A stretch of 64,000 bases of DNA, from contig NIVC01003173.1 in NCBI GenBank assembly GCA_002269645.1, positions 1 to 64,000 on the forward strand, given 5' to 3'. Positions 47,214 through 62,900 of this stretch are shown one piece after another. Every line of letters starts with the position of its first letter. Positions within the stretch are counted from its first letter, which is position 1. Under the pieces are notes generated by a model, which ran no database searches, was not told the DNA's origin, and was given only the letters and a program-made list of their open reading frames with translations. The DNA comes from Macrostomum lignano. Lineage: Eukaryota. The position numbers and the translations under genes are program-made.

Positions 47214-48343
47214 GCCGCCACCTGAGGGGTGGGGGTCGTGTCCGGGATGCTTGCAACTTTTTAAATTGCATGGCTCAGCAAATGCAATTCTATCACTGTG
47301 TTTGATATTTTGACTGAAAGTACATACGAAATCTTGAAAGCGTGTACATGTATTTTATCCTGTTCAAATACCCACTAGGCGTCAATAGCGTCAATATGCT
47401 TCAATGCTTTAGAATCATTGTAAGTTGGGACACAGCATCTGTAAAGCCTTCTTTGTTATTAACAGCATTATACATCACAGTTGTTATTCCCTTGTTCCGC
47501 TGCTATTGAAATACATTTACTTACTGAAATTTGACAAAAACCCAATGGCAATGCTTTTATTAACGACTCAAGTATGCCATTTACAGAACCAGCGAGAGCG
47601 CGTAGCATAACTGAACTGATTTATTACGGCAAGTTAAAGCAAGCGCTGCATTAACTGATTGAGTTTACTTCAGACGGGGATGTGCTAATGCACTATAGAG
47701 TTATAAGTCTGGTAAAAGTCCAAGATGACGGCCGTATCTGAGCTGATCTGTCTTCTTGAAGTGCGAAATGCAAAATGCAAAAAAAGGTGCCAAACATTGA
47801 AAACGGAAGGTAGAAATTTTAAATTTCCTGTTAAAAAAACGGTGTTAGAAGCAAGGCACAATTAACAGCGGATTTAAAGTCCCTATATGATCGAATGGCC
47901 GAGACAGCTTCAATATTCTAGCGCGTGTAACAGAGTGAAGCATTAAAAATATTTACTAAACGAATTAACCTGGATGGATGGCTCCGGCCTAATATTCTGC
48001 CTTCCTGTATTGCATGCTAAAGGACTAATGAAGGGAGTTACGCTTATTTATTATACGGCGCTACTTGGTGGACATTTCAGGGAGGCTCACGATGTTGGGC
48101 TGAGTGGGCAGCCGATGGCGGTGCAGCTGCGCCAGATTTAGCAGCCCGCAGACGCTCTGAGCATCCCGCATTCTCGAGTACTCGCCCAGCTGGTCCATTT
48201 ACTCTCTTCTAAATCTGACAGACAAGCGCCTTCTGTTCCGGTCGGTCTTGATCAGAGCTGCAGCAAATGCAACTTCGAGGCTTGAAGAAAAAGTTCCACT
48301 TTTGCCTTGTCCAGCCATAAAAGCCCGAGTTCGTCCGCGCGGA

Positions 48344-48510
48344 TATTTATACTCATATGCTCATATACATATTGCTAGGGGGGATGCCGCCCGACTCATT
48401 ATGCCGCGCCTCGACACTCCCTGAACATCTGGCTTGGCTGCCCCCTCCCCTTCCCGGTGCATTCGGCCGGCTTCTTCTGGCCTGCTGGGGCCTCCTGTCA
48501 GCCAATAAGA
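48344..48510 (-). promoter_or_regulatory. Candidate promoter of the DEG/ENaC gene (CCAAT, GC-rich boxes, TATAAATA)
   Basis: TATA at 48351-48344. A possible 5'UTR intron runs from GTAAAT (48202) to cctcag (47222), placing exon 2 eight nt before the ATG. Confidence 0.4.
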
Positions 48511-48523
48511 AACCGACTGACAC

Positions 48524-50388
<1,865 letters not shown>

Positions 50389-50961
50389 TTGTGCGTATAC
50401 TGATCGCACCAGGTTTCGCGGCGCGAGAGTCAGAAGCTTCTCTGTCTACATTTTACCAGTACATGCTCCGCAGCACTCATGATTGCTGTGAACAAGAGCT
50501 GAGCAGATGCGCTGCCACCTCCGCCCAAGCATTTACCTGAAACGGGCGCCTTTATCTTCTTCTGTTGACGAAGTTCAGCGCGGCCTCCGAGCTGCTCAGG
50601 ACTGCTTGGCTTCTCAATAAACACCTGACGCAGCTCAGCCTCCAGGTCTTCTGCGGGGGAGCGGTGGTCACAAAAAAGGTATTTATTGTGTAAAAAATCG
50701 ATAAGAAATGGCCCGCATTGATTGACAGCTGCCATTGAAAGGCTTAATTATCTTTTCAACAATGACAGCGGACTCCCCATTGACTGCTATGAATGGGATT
50801 TGGAAAAGTGAATGGAGCTGCCGACCTCGGACAATCCGCCTCTGAATTTTCTAATGACGGCAGGAGTTCATATTTGATTCCCTCTTTGAAGCAGTCGACT
50901 CTGTCCATCTCCTGTGTGCCTTTGTTTATCTGCCCGATCATCCACATGTCAAACTGGCTAT

Positions 50962-51295
50962 TCATATCTACCTATCTATCTACTTATCTATCTACTTATC
51001 TATCTATCTACTTATCTATCTATCTACTTATCTATCTATCTACTTATCTATCTATCTACCTATCTATCTACTTATCTATCTATCTACCTATCTATCTACC
51101 TATCTATCTACTTATCTATCTATCTACTTATCTATCTATCTACTTATCTATCTATCTACTTATCTATCTATCTACTTATCTATCTATTTATCTATCTATC
51201 TACTTATCTATCTATCTACCTATCTATCTACCTATCTATCTACTTATCTATATACCTATCTATCTACCTATCTATCTACCTATCTATCTACTTAT

Positions 51296-51381
<86 letters not shown>

Positions 51382-51390
51382 GTCTACCTA

Positions 51391-51423
<33 letters not shown>

Positions 51424-51430
51424 CTATCTT
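50962..51430. repeat. Degenerate (ATCT/ACTT/ACCT)n microsatellite
   Basis: Direct. Confidence 0.95.
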
Positions 51431-52457
51431 TTTAAAGTCTCTTACTTTCCCATTGTTCTGGTATCCTTCATCATTAGACACTCCTCCCAGCAGCTTTCGG
51501 ATCCGGGCAGCATTAGCCCCGGGAGCGAGTCAGTGCCGGTCAGTCCATCATTTCCCCCACCCATCGGAGACTGACGCCACTGCAACCGGGCACTCCGCAG
51601 AAATGGACGAGCATTTTGCTCTCCCTGCCTTCCCAAGCAAGCGGCCCCCGAGCTAGGCAGACTCATACTGACTAGAAATGCGACATAAAGCATTTTTGGC
51701 CAGCTGATTTACAAGCTGCCCCGCGTCGCAGCTCTGACACTTGCTGGCCGCGGTGAGAGCAGCAGTGAAAACGAGGAATAAAAAACTGTTTACTGCACAC
51801 CTCGCAGAAAAAAACAAGTCGTTACTTAATGCAGCTAAATAATATATGCCTTCCTATACCAGGCTAGTCTCAACCGAGGTCTCATAGATCACTCTGAGTC
51901 GAGAGCCTAATAAAACAAATACGATTTCATTATTGCTGACTGTCTACAGGTTTGGGGAGTGAAATACTTACTCATCTCGAACTCATCAGGAGCAGTAGAA
52001 TTGCTGCTTGTAAAATTCTGCCTCATCCAGATAATCGGAATGGACGGTTTTAGTCGGAGCAAATTTTCAGCTGAAATAACTTTAATTTCCTCTAGATTTT
52101 TATGGCTAGGGCCAGCCCAGTGGCTTTGGGGGATGGGATATTTAATACAAATAGAATTGAGCTCCTGTAGCTACCAGGATCCTCATTGGTCCGCTGAAAC
52201 TGACTGGGGGCTTGGTGAGTGATTTATACTGCGTTTAAGATCATTGAGCTTGATAGGAGTTAGCTGGGGTGATAAATTATGCAGAATGACGAGTAGCTGT
52301 GTCTTATGCTGCATTGAGAGTGCATGATTGGCTCCTTAGAAGTGTTTTTGCAAACATGCGACGCAACAGTTTCTTTAAATATCCTTTACAGTTGCATTTT
52401 CGATGAGTTATATCGCTGACAGAGATGTATATTGGAGCCCCTGAAAAGATAAGAAAT

Positions 52458-52970
52458 CGTGTACATTGGCATCCCTGAGAGAAAGAGAGTCGTGTACATT
52501 GGTATCCCTGACAGACAGAGAATCGTGTACATTGGTATCCCTGACAGACAGAGAATCGTGTACATTGGTGTCCCTGACAGACAGAGAGTCGTGTACATTG
52601 TTATCCCTGACAGACAGAGAGTCGTGTACATTAATATCCATGACAGACAGAGAATCGTGTACATTGGTATCCCTGACAGACAGAGAGTCGCGTATATTGG
52701 TATCCCTGACAGACAGAGACTCGCGTATATTGGTATCCCTGACAGACAGAGAGTCGCGTACATTGGTATCCCTGACAGACAGAGAGTCGCGTACATTGGT
52801 ATCCCTGACAGACAGAGAGTCGCGTACATTGGTATCCCTGACAGACAGAGAGTCGTGTACATTGGTATCCCTGACAGACAGAGAATCGTGTACATTGGTA
52901 TCCCTGACAGACAGAGAATCGTGTACATTGGTATCCCTGACAGACAGAGAATCGTGTACATTGGTATCCC
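52458..52970. repeat. 33-bp minisatellite (cgtgtacattggtatccctgacagacagagagt)n
   Basis: Direct; source of the VVYIGIPDRQR pseudo-ORFs. Confidence 0.97.
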
Positions 52971-53531
52971 TCTAAAAAAAAATTTCCGGCATATTTCGAA
53001 ATGTAGGAACCAAAATAAGGAGTAAAATTAGGAGCAGAGAAGTAAAAAAGAATGATGGCGGTTGATGCTCACGAAAGCCGACGAATTTCAATTTAACTAA
53101 TGGATCGGTCGAGAGACGGTTGCTGGTCGGTCGGCGCTTGCTTTGATTCAACTCTGAGTGGAAGGCTCCCGACAACAGCAAGAATTTTACAGAGCAGATG
53201 GAACTCTAGATGGCGTGTGCCAAGCCACATATGAGAGCAACAGAGACTCGCGAAATCCTCTCTGTGGGTTAAATCAATCCCATTATTTGATAGTTCAATC
53301 CCGAAGCACCAGTTCCTCCTTCCATTTTTTCTCAGTCGGTTCCCGAAATACCCGGCTTGTTCTTTTATGCTGGCTATTTTTTTGGCAATGAAATAGCTAG
53401 ATACGACCGAAAATTCGGGACACGCAATAAAAATGGCTTCATGGTCTGGCTTTTTCATATTCGATTTTAATATATAAAATGGACTCGAATGTATTGGCAA
53501 CTGAATTTATGAAGACTGCTAATGAGAGTCC

Positions 53532-53846
53532 ATGGCGCCCAATCCAACGAAATGACGCCCAATCGAATGAAATGGCGCCCAATCCAATGAAATGGCGCCT
53601 AATCAAATGAAATGGCGCCTAATCAAATGAAATTGCGTCTAATCAATGGAATGGCGCCTAATCAAATGAAATGGCGCCTAATCAAATGAAATGGCGCCTA
53701 ATCAAATGAAATGGCGCCTAATCAAATGAAATGGCGCCTAATCAAATGAAATGGCGCCTAATCAAATGAAACGGCGCCTAATCAAATGAAATGGCGCCCA
53801 ATCAAATGAAATGGCGCCTAATCAAACGAAATGGCGCCGAATCAAT
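53532..53846. repeat. 20-bp minisatellite (aatggcgcctaatcaaatga)n
   Basis: Direct. Confidence 0.95.
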
Positions 53847-54199
53847 GAAACTTTCGCCATGTGAAATATAAATTAACTGTACTTTACTGGCCTTGCTTCA
53901 TTGCAGATTAAAATTTCATGAGAACACATTTCAACGGAAAAGGAAAGAATGGTCTCCTTTGACTTTTTGCTTTTTTTGCAATTTTTGTTCAAAGCTTTCC
54001 CAACTGAGCCAAGCGTGACTTACTCGGTCCTGTGTGTCCAGCTTGATTAAAAGCTAAATGATTTCTTTAGAAGCTGCTCTCTGTTAGCCAAACAGAGTTG
54101 AGCATTAATTTTTAATCAATTTAGACTCTCAAAAAAGAGCTGCTCAGATCCTGTTTGAGTCATCAACTATCGTTTTCTTACGAAACTGCAGCTTCAATT

Positions 54200-54410
54200 T
54201 TGTGGTGGCTTGAACCCCCGCCCTCCGCAGAGCCCTGCTTGGACTCAACCGCAGGGACATCAGGGCGGTGACCAGTGTCGTTCGCTACCCTGAGGACTAC
54301 CGGGCGAGCGACCATCCACCTCCTGGACTCTCCGGAGGGGGACCGCGCTGAGGACACCGGCACCACCGGATCTCTGTGCGCGACACCGCAGCACCAGCGA
54401 CGCCTCAAAC
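54200..54410 (+). mobile_element. Possible 3' fragment of an RNase H-bearing LINE (R1/LOA/I-like)
   Basis: GC-rich island with LLGLNRRDIRAVTSV (54235-54279), resembling the L..L.R.D.R..T..LTGH motif after RNase H; a short match only. Confidence 0.35.
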
Positions 54411-55214
54411 ACTAAAAACGGCGCTTCTCAAGCCTAATTTACGGAGGATAAAAGTGCAACTACAAGCAACAATTTCTCCGATTGCCCACCTCGCTAACTG
54501 CTAAACTGTTCCGGACCTGCGGGTCTGAAAAACTGACGCAAGTCGTGATGCTTCCCGAGCAGCAGCCAAAGTGAAATAAAAACTGCCAACGCTTCTCGCG
54601 CGCTTCTTGGCTTCACGGAACGTCGCTTTAGGAGGATGAAACTTTTTTACATCTCTTTCCCCTCACGCGATCCCAGTACTGCAGCTCCGAGCCCAGTGCA
54701 CCGAGCTGCAACCAGGCAGTCAGCTGAGAAGGCCTCTCCTCTCCTCTCCTGCAAATTCAGGGGAAGTCGAGGAAGAGAAGTGCGAGAAAAGCGCCTCCAT
54801 TGGCAAGTTTGGCAACTCAGACTTAATTTCCCTCTGAAAGCTGATAGTATTAATCGCTTAATCTGTCATTTTATTCTCTCTGTATTAGCTTCCTCTAAAT
54901 CGCCAATGTATATTCGTTATATTTGTTTATTAAATTATTGACCAGTTTTCACTGGACTCTGGGAAATTAAATTACAATAAGTACGAGCGTATTATCATAA
55001 TGTATGACTTGACAGACCTGTTGGAATATTTGATCGCGCTTGACACATTTCTAATACAGGCTATGACGTAACACGATAGGCGCTTAGAGACTATTCGATC
55101 GACTAAAAGATTGAAGTTGAAAATCATAATAGTGAAATAATGAAGTTTCCTGTATGAACCTATGCAGCCACTAATGCTTAATACGAACGTACCTTCGAAC
55201 ATTGTCTAGTATTT

Positions 55215-56058
55215 TCATGAAAGACCTACACAGACACTATATAGTGTTTTCATGTAAGACCTACACAGACACTATATAGTGTTTTCATGTAAGACCTACA
55301 CAGACACTATATAGTGTTTTCATGTAAGACCTACACAGACACTATATAGTGTTTTCATGTAAGACCTACACAGACACTATATAGTGTTTTCATGTAAGAC
55401 CTACACAGACACTATATAGTGTTTTCATGTAAGACCTACACAGACACTATATAGTGTTTTCATGTAAGACCTACACAGACACTATATAGTGTTTTCATGT
55501 AAGACCTACACAGACACTATATAGTGTTTTCATGTAAGACCTACACAGACACTATATAGTGTTTTCATGTAAGACCTACACAGACACTATACAGTGTTTT
55601 CATGTAAGACCTACACAGACACTATATAGTGTTTTCATGTAAGACCTACACAGACACTATATAGTGTTTTCATGTAAGACCTACACAGACACTATATAGT
55701 GTTTTCATGTAAGACCTACACAGACACTATATAGTGTTTTCATGTAAGACCTACACAGACACTATATAGTGTTTTCATGTAAGACCTACACAGACACTAT
55801 ATAGTGTTTTCATGTAAGACCTACACAGACACTATATAGTGTTTTCATGTAAGACCTACACAGACACTATATAGTGTTTTCATGTAAGACCTACACAGAC
55901 ACTATATAGTGTTTTCATGTAAGACCTACACAGACACTATATAGTGTTTTCATGTAAGACTTACACAGACACTATATAGTGTTTTCATGTAAGACCTACA
56001 CAGACACTATATAGTGTTTTCATGTAAGACCTACACAGACAATATAGTGTTTTCATGT
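55215..56058. repeat. 35-bp highly homogeneous minisatellite (catgtaagacctacacagacactatatagtgtttt)n, about 24 units
   Basis: Direct; each unit holds the palindrome acactatatagtgt. Confidence 0.98.
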
Positions 56059-58184
56059 AAAATGTATCCAAAAAAATTGTATTATTTTTTGTAAAATTTA
56101 CTGACATACTAATGCATCATGTGCAATCCAACAGTGTTTTGTGCAAGATCTAGCTAAATCCACTTTTTGGAAAATCTATAGTTGCTCAAAAGCTCTATTT
56201 GTTCATTTTGTATAAAGCCAACTTTATGCTGCACTTCTTAAATAAACAGGTGTGTTCAGTAAAAAAAATTACACTGTGTCTTCCAATGCAAATAAATTGC
56301 TCCAAAGTTTTTATTCAGGGATAATCTCCAAGATTATTGTTTCCAATCCAATCAGTTCTTTTTTGTGGTCAAATTCTTCAACAAATTAAAAAGAACCCGC
56401 GAGCATTTGGGGGCATGGATTACAATCTCGGGCAAAGAATTTGTTAAACTAGCGTTGGTGAAAAAACACATTAACCTGGAATATGAAATCACAGACCTCT
56501 AGAGAGTCTTCCAACATCAATGGTGCCTCGTGCAATATTATCTGTACACTTTGGCCTTCGCAATAATGCCTACAGCAGCTTTCGACCTTAATTAATTTAC
56601 CGACACGACGCACCTGCCCAGAGGGGGGATCGGGGGTCAAGCAACGAGGCTAACACGATAATCCCAACCTTTCCGCGCTAGAATAACATTTATCTAGAAG
56701 GTAAGTATAGCAATTAAAGTCAGTCGCGCTTTTAGGTGGGGGCGGGAGTGTGGAAGAAATCCGCTAAAGAAGCAACTGGATGGACTTATGAGATGATTGG
56801 GATTGCTCCCAACTCTCTTAGACAGAAATCGATGATTCTCTACTTAAGCCTGAAGCGTTTTCCAACTTCGTATCCCAGCTCTCTCTCTAACTCTGCTTTT
56901 TCCCTCAGCAACGTTTAGCAGAGGCTGCAAACTAGGAATATATAGTGTTGCAAAGCGCTTGCCGTCACAATAGAGTAGTGGGCGAACTTTTCCCCAAGGG
57001 AGAACTGCGAAATACGAAGATTGCTGCATAGAAACTTGACTCGAACTGAGCAGTGATTTCACTCTGTTGATCCGTTGCAAACCGCTCATCTCGGCCGCAC
57101 TGGAATGCCGCTGGACAGCCACTCTGATCCCTCATAACCTCCCAGAGCCAGCCGATGCCAGTAAAACATGAAATTTTCTTGGCATTTTCTGTGTCTCATG
57201 TCTGTCGCCCCTTAACTTCCTCTCTCTCTCACTCACTCGCTGCCCACCAACCTACTCTTTTATTCGACTCGACTCGTGAGCGAATTCCCTGGGGAAGCCT
57301 GGCTTGGGACTGGTTTTGGTTTAGCGAACCACTAGCTGGCTCTTCATCAATATGGATCTCTTCTTTGCGTCGCAGACTCTCTATTAACCCCATCCGCCCT
57401 CGCTCTGTACCGCTCTCTTAGCCCAGGAATGCCCTGTCAATCTGCCATTATCTTTCGCCCGCATAGTCTTTGATCCAAGGCAACCCGCGCCTTCCATAAC
57501 CATATTTGTTTTTATAGGGCCTCCCACCGAAACACGGTCAGACGGAGGCTATAAGAAGTCAAACGCATAAAAAAACATGATTACTTACTGAAGTCGTCCG
57601 GTCAAGTTTCCAGTGCCGTCAGTTGATATCTAAACAGTTGGGAATCGTGCGCTTTGTACTGCGCTTTGTCAGTTTTAGGGGCTCAGTGTCCCAGTAATGT
57701 TTATAACTTTTGGATTCTGACCTGATTTTCTGATCACTGATGCGTCAGTTAATAGTTCGTCTGCTCTTTGCTCAGTGGGACCAGATTTTTATATCAGACG
57801 GCAGACCCATAAATGGTTAATTATTCACTGGCATCGCCGATCTTAATATTATTTCTCTGTCTCCCTCGCCTCTGCTGTCCCGCACCCAGATAGAATTCTA
57901 TTCGGAATCAGCATCGACCAATGACGGGCAGCCTGAAAAGCTTATTTAACAAAATCACACTAATGGAATTTCGACTCTCAGCTCAGTCCTACCTGCCTAT
58001 TTGTCTTTTGTTTCAGCTTGGATACACTTTAGCTTGATTAATGCAACTTGAACCTCATAAAGAAGCCCCTACCCGGAACAAAGCCATCGGTTCCTGTTTG
58101 CAACTGGAAAGGAAGCCCCTGAATATAATTAAGGAAGCCTTGAAAAAATGCAAGAAAACTGCTTTCAGCAGTTCCAGCAATACA

Positions 58185-58445
58185 TAATAATAATAATACT
58201 AATAATACTTGCAGGAGGGCTGTGGCCACGGCGACATTGTCCTCACGACCAGCGCTGAGGCAATTCTGCCAAGTCCGCTGACTCCTGAGCACACACCAGC
58301 GCGTCAATACTGCACACGCATCCGCGTACTCAAACACACGCTCACACAGGGTGTACAGCGGCCCTGGCTTTCTAATCGGTCAGGCATGTACACCCTCTCT
58401 GTGCCTTGGGGGCTGGGCCTCGTGGGTGTGAATCGAACGACAATC
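58185..58445 (-). mobile_element. tRNA-derived SINE, copy 2 (degenerate head, (TAT)n tail)
   Basis: B-box-like gttcgattc, the shared hairpin core, a shared second block ctcaggagtcagcggacttggcagaattgcctc, and a (tat)n tail. Confidence 0.7.
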
Positions 58446-58562
58446 CCCGGTCTGAAGTATTTTCCAGCAGTGCATTTTCCCAAAAAGTGCTCAAATTCCA
58501 ACGTAGCTATCTTGCTCAAAGCGGTAGAGCTCCTGTGCGTTTTGATCTTATTTAACCAATAA

Positions 58563-58927
58563 TTTTTTTTATTAGAGGCAGGGGGGTTGTGTGCACCCTG
58601 GCGCACTTTAAGCGACATAGGCACACAACCGGCGAGAGGCATTGCTGCCCATTCCGCCGACTCCCCTGAGCAGGCATACAAAAAGCGCGCGGGTACGTAC
58701 GCAGGCACACACTCACACAGGAGTGTACAGCGGCCCTAACTTTATTTCATCGTTAGGCATGTACACTTCACTGCGCCTTGGGGGGTTGGCTCTCAAGGCC
58801 ATTAATTGCACGAGCAGAGCCAAGCCGAGATTCCAATTCAGCCCTAAATTAATGTGACTGCACTTGGAATTGAGCCTGGGTCGCTGGCACACCAGAGCCT
58901 GCGCTAGACCGCTGGGCTACGGCCCCC
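58563..58927 (-). mobile_element. tRNA-derived SINE, near full-length copy 3 (poly-A tail)
   Basis: Head ggggccgtagcccagcggtctagcg...ccaggctcaattccaagtgcagtca with A box TAGCCCAGCGG (58919-58909) and B box GGCTCAATTCC (58876-58866); hairpin core; aataaaaaaaa tail. Confidence 0.8.
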
Positions 58928-59570
58928 TCCGCCTGACTCTCAGAAAATAACTCCAATTTAGTCTTGAGCAGTTCCTATCTATTTTGGAAAACTCGCTACG
59001 AACGAAAAAGCAATGAACTTCTATCGATACGTAAATCCATCACATCGATGCCAAGATCTAAATAATTCTTCTTATGATTTTATTTCAGTCTCTCATCCGT
59101 AAAAAGCGTTCTGATAGATAAATCATACTAAAATGACTGTCTTTCCTGGCTGCTCTTCCTTCTACGAGTAAGTTGGCATTACCGGTATTTCTGCAGATAC
59201 TAGTAATTGAATTCTGTAATTCACTACAGTCTTGGTAAAAACGTGCGGCACACATTAGTGAAAAAAACACGTCACTTACATTCGCAAGTGCTTACTTAGA
59301 TTACCGCTACTAAGTAGCTTGGTTTGAATGACGACAACTTATCCAATTAATAACTTGTTACTGAGAGTATTGAAGATTTTTATCGTTATGAGTTGATCCA
59401 GCTTTTTTTCAGGCCAGTGAAAAAAAAATTACATAGAGTCACAAAATGATTTAACAGAACAGGAAATGTCAATGAGAGTGCATTAGTACTCGCAGGACAT
59501 TCACAGGACCAAAAGTTGTGGCGGCGGGAAAGTCAGACGCGTTCATCTTCTATCTATCTATAGAAGATAG

Positions 59571-59597
59571 ATAGATAGATTGATTGATAGATAGATT

Positions 59598-59645
<48 letters not shown>
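59571..59645. repeat. Short (GATA)n microsatellite
   Basis: Direct. Confidence 0.9.
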
Positions 59646-59646
<1 letters not shown>

Positions 59647-59958
59647 CTCCAACGTACTCATGAAATACTTCTTTAGTGACAACATTGACATCAATTTTAC
59701 ATTTACAAAAAAATTCAATTACAACAAAAAAATACAATTACAAGTACAAGGAGATACAACGAAAAACGCCAAAACGATTTCGAACTAACATTTTTTCTGT
59801 CTGGAAGGCGAGGCCGCATACCAATTAGCCAAAAGTGCCATGAAAATGTCCGTAAAAACTGACTGAAATCGAAAAAATCTGAAACTGCTCATAAAAATAG
59901 GGCACACGTTTTAAATCAGTACATAAACTTAAGGTCACTGCTGTCATCTTCAAGTGAC

Positions 59959-62900
59959 TTAACCGTCCAAAGCGGTCTGCGTCTCGATCGACGCCGACCC
60001 ACGGGGCGTCGCCAAGCACCGGCGTCGGTAACTGCCAAGCGACGACAACGCCGCGTGACGCATTTCAACCCTGGAGCTGATAGCCTGCAACACCTTCGCC
60101 TCGTCGATTTTGCGTCGAGTTTCTCGGCAGAACATTCGCATAGTGGACATTGTGTATAGATACGGATTCAAAGTGGGATTGATGGGCAGGACAAATATGA
60201 TGAAACCGGTGATCATTGGCATTGGCATGTGAACTCCGATTGCCAGACAGAGATACATCACAATGGTTGGTATCCAGGTGACAAGATTAGTAGCTACCAA
60301 TACCGATAGTCGTCTAGCCAACAGATGATCCTGTTCCATGGCTTTTCGTTTGGCGCTCTTTCTAGTAGCGCGAATATGAGCGAATATGCGTCCGTAGCAC
60401 GTTGTGGCTAGAATGAATGCTGCAGCATTGTAAGCAACGAATAAGTATTGCAGCAGTGTGACCGACCACAGATCGTCTGGATTCGTAACCAGAGGTACGC
60501 AAGCAGAAGTTCTACTGTAGGCGTTTCCTAATTTGTTTTTCCGTACCAGAATTATGCTGGAGAGGGCCAGGAACACCAGCCACGTGCTGACCGCTACAGC
60601 CACTGTCCTTCGCATTGTGAGGCGCCGGCCATTGCGATTGAAGCTGTCCACAATTGACAGGTAGCGCTCAAGCGAAAGTAGAGCTAAAAATGTGATAGAC
60701 GTCTCGGCGCTAATAAGAAATGTCATGCCCGCCAAACTGCATACCGGGTGCTGACGCCAGAAATCATCGAACAGGATGTAGCGATCCTGGTAGATTGCGT
60801 CTACTATAGCAATGCACAAGAGGTATAGCGCCATCAGCAGATCCGCAAAGCTGACATTGAATATGATAAAATCTGACGGAGTCTTCAATTTGCGCCGATA
60901 GAGGCGGTAGCCGATGACTAGAATGTTGCCGACAAGGGCCACCGCTGCGTAGATCCAGACTGCGATGCGCTGACCCACGCGACCTAGGAGATCTTTGCAA
61001 GAATTGAAGTCATTATCCTGCGGCGTGCAATTTGCCTTTGTGTGCTCCAATAGGCAGCAGAACTTGAAACTATTCGATAAAAATGTTTTAACCCGTTCCA
61101 AACTCGCGAAAGTGTTCTCATGTACGTATATTTGCTCGCTGACTCGCAAATCGATCGTCGAGTAGCAACAGGAACCATTGCTAAATGATAGCTCGTGCAG
61201 CTTCTGAAGAGGGTTCCAGCTCAAATTCAGATTTCGCAAATTCTCCATTCCGGCCAGAGCAAAATTTGGCAGCTCCACGATTTGCAACTCCTCAAGTGAC
61301 AGGTGCGTTATTGCTGCCAGGCTGTTGAAAGCAAACGGCTCTATCGTTGTCAGCGGGTTTCCGGAAAGACGCAAGTCGAGTAAGTTTACCAAACCTACCA
61401 GCGATTCCGACTGCAATGCCTGAATTTGATTGTCTCTTAGATCGAGAACCACGAGATTAGGGCTGTGGACAAACATTCCTGCCGGTAGACTAGAAACCCC
61501 AGCTGCTCGAAAAGAAAGAAGTCCCAGATAAAGAAACGATGCCAGAAAGTTCGAATGAAGCTTTACTCGATGGTTGCCGTCCAGTATTAGAGCTCGCGTC
61601 TGTGTAGACACCTGATCAGGGAAAAACCCAATTGCTGATGCATTGCCTGTGCAGCTCACGGAGTAGCCAATGCAGTAACAACCTTCAGGACACTGTTGGT
61701 CGCAGAAGAGTTCGTCTTCTCCTCCTGGACAATTTTTCGCACCGTCGCAGACTCGATGCCGTTGCACAAAGACGTCGCCAAAGCGGCCCGGCCCACGACA
61801 ACGGAAATAGTATGGGAGCGAGTAGTCGGCGCCGCAGTCAGCTTCGTCCGTTGCTCCCGGACAATCAGCGGTGCCGTCGCAGATGCGAAACGCCGGAATG
61901 CAGTAGCCGACCCCGATTCTGCACTGGAACTGTCCGGGACATACAAAGTCATCGCATTCGCTTAGATGCTCTAAGTTCGGACAGGCCTGCTTGCGCCACA
62001 CCGCAGTGTTGTACATGCACGCCTCGCTCCTTGCAAAACATTTGACGTGGTTTATCAAGCACCGCTCCTCGAAGGCGTTGTCGCAGTCAGGAAACTCCCA
62101 TGCGCGACTGTTATGCAGGCAGTCACCATCTCGCAGACAGCTACCGTCCTCGTCTTCCATCATAATGCCGGGACAATCAACTTGTGTGTCGTTAACAAAG
62201 AAGCGCGGCAGGCAGTGCGTCGTCTCGCTGCGGCACTGGAAGCCGCGACACTCCCCGTTGCAGCCTTCCTCGTCTTGGTTGAGCTCGCAGTCCATTCGCA
62301 CGCCATCGCATCTACATTTAGCGGTTAACAAAAACGGTATTTGACAACTAAGCGACCTGAATACTGCATTTAAATGATTATTTAAAGTGCAATTAGCACA
62401 AGGCCCAAATCCTTTCAGCAGTATACCGGCATATGTTGACATACCTTTTTTCAATCGGAATGCACCGTCGGCTTGCTTCGCAAGTGAACTCGGTCTCCGG
62501 ATTGCACTCGGCGAACTGGCAGTTCCGCTCGTCGCTTCCATCGTCGCAGTCTTGCCGATGATTGCAGTAGCGACTCCACGTGATCATCTGGCCATTCACG
62601 CATTCAAAGAATCGGTTCTGCGACTCTCCGGTGCAGTCTGCCTCGTCCTCGCCACCTGTTTTGGATTGAAGAAAAATTACGAGGTACGTCTCAGCGAGTC
62701 GTTGCTACCTGTTCTGAAAATTCTACTCATTTCCCTTTTAGTGATTTCTAAAGAAGTAAAACTTTTCTCTGTAAATTATACGAGTTAATCGGCCATGGTA
62801 ACTACCTGGACAATCGATCTCTCCATTGCAAGTATAGTCACTGCTAATGCAGGTGCGATCGGAGCATTCGAACTCGTGACCATCGCAATTGTCAGGCAGC

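Noticed and set aside
48061-48318. Two small in-frame ORFs (39 aa and 45 aa, joined by TAAATG) after a TATA box and followed by AATAAA
   Set aside because: No recognisable homology; more simply explained as the 5'UTR exon and intron of the DEG/ENaC gene. Ribo-seq would be needed to revive it.
55215-56058. CRISPR-like array (35-bp partly palindromic repeats)
   Set aside because: Units are head-to-tail with no spacers; eukaryotic context; no cas genes.
56300-57900. Degenerate retroelement coding region
   Set aside because: Short open stretches only; no RT, IN or Gag motif identifiable.
62312-62541. N-terminus of the 860-aa ORF as predicted
   Set aside because: Read-through of intron and wrong-frame exon sequence; the true exon starts at 62311 after a tgtag acceptor.
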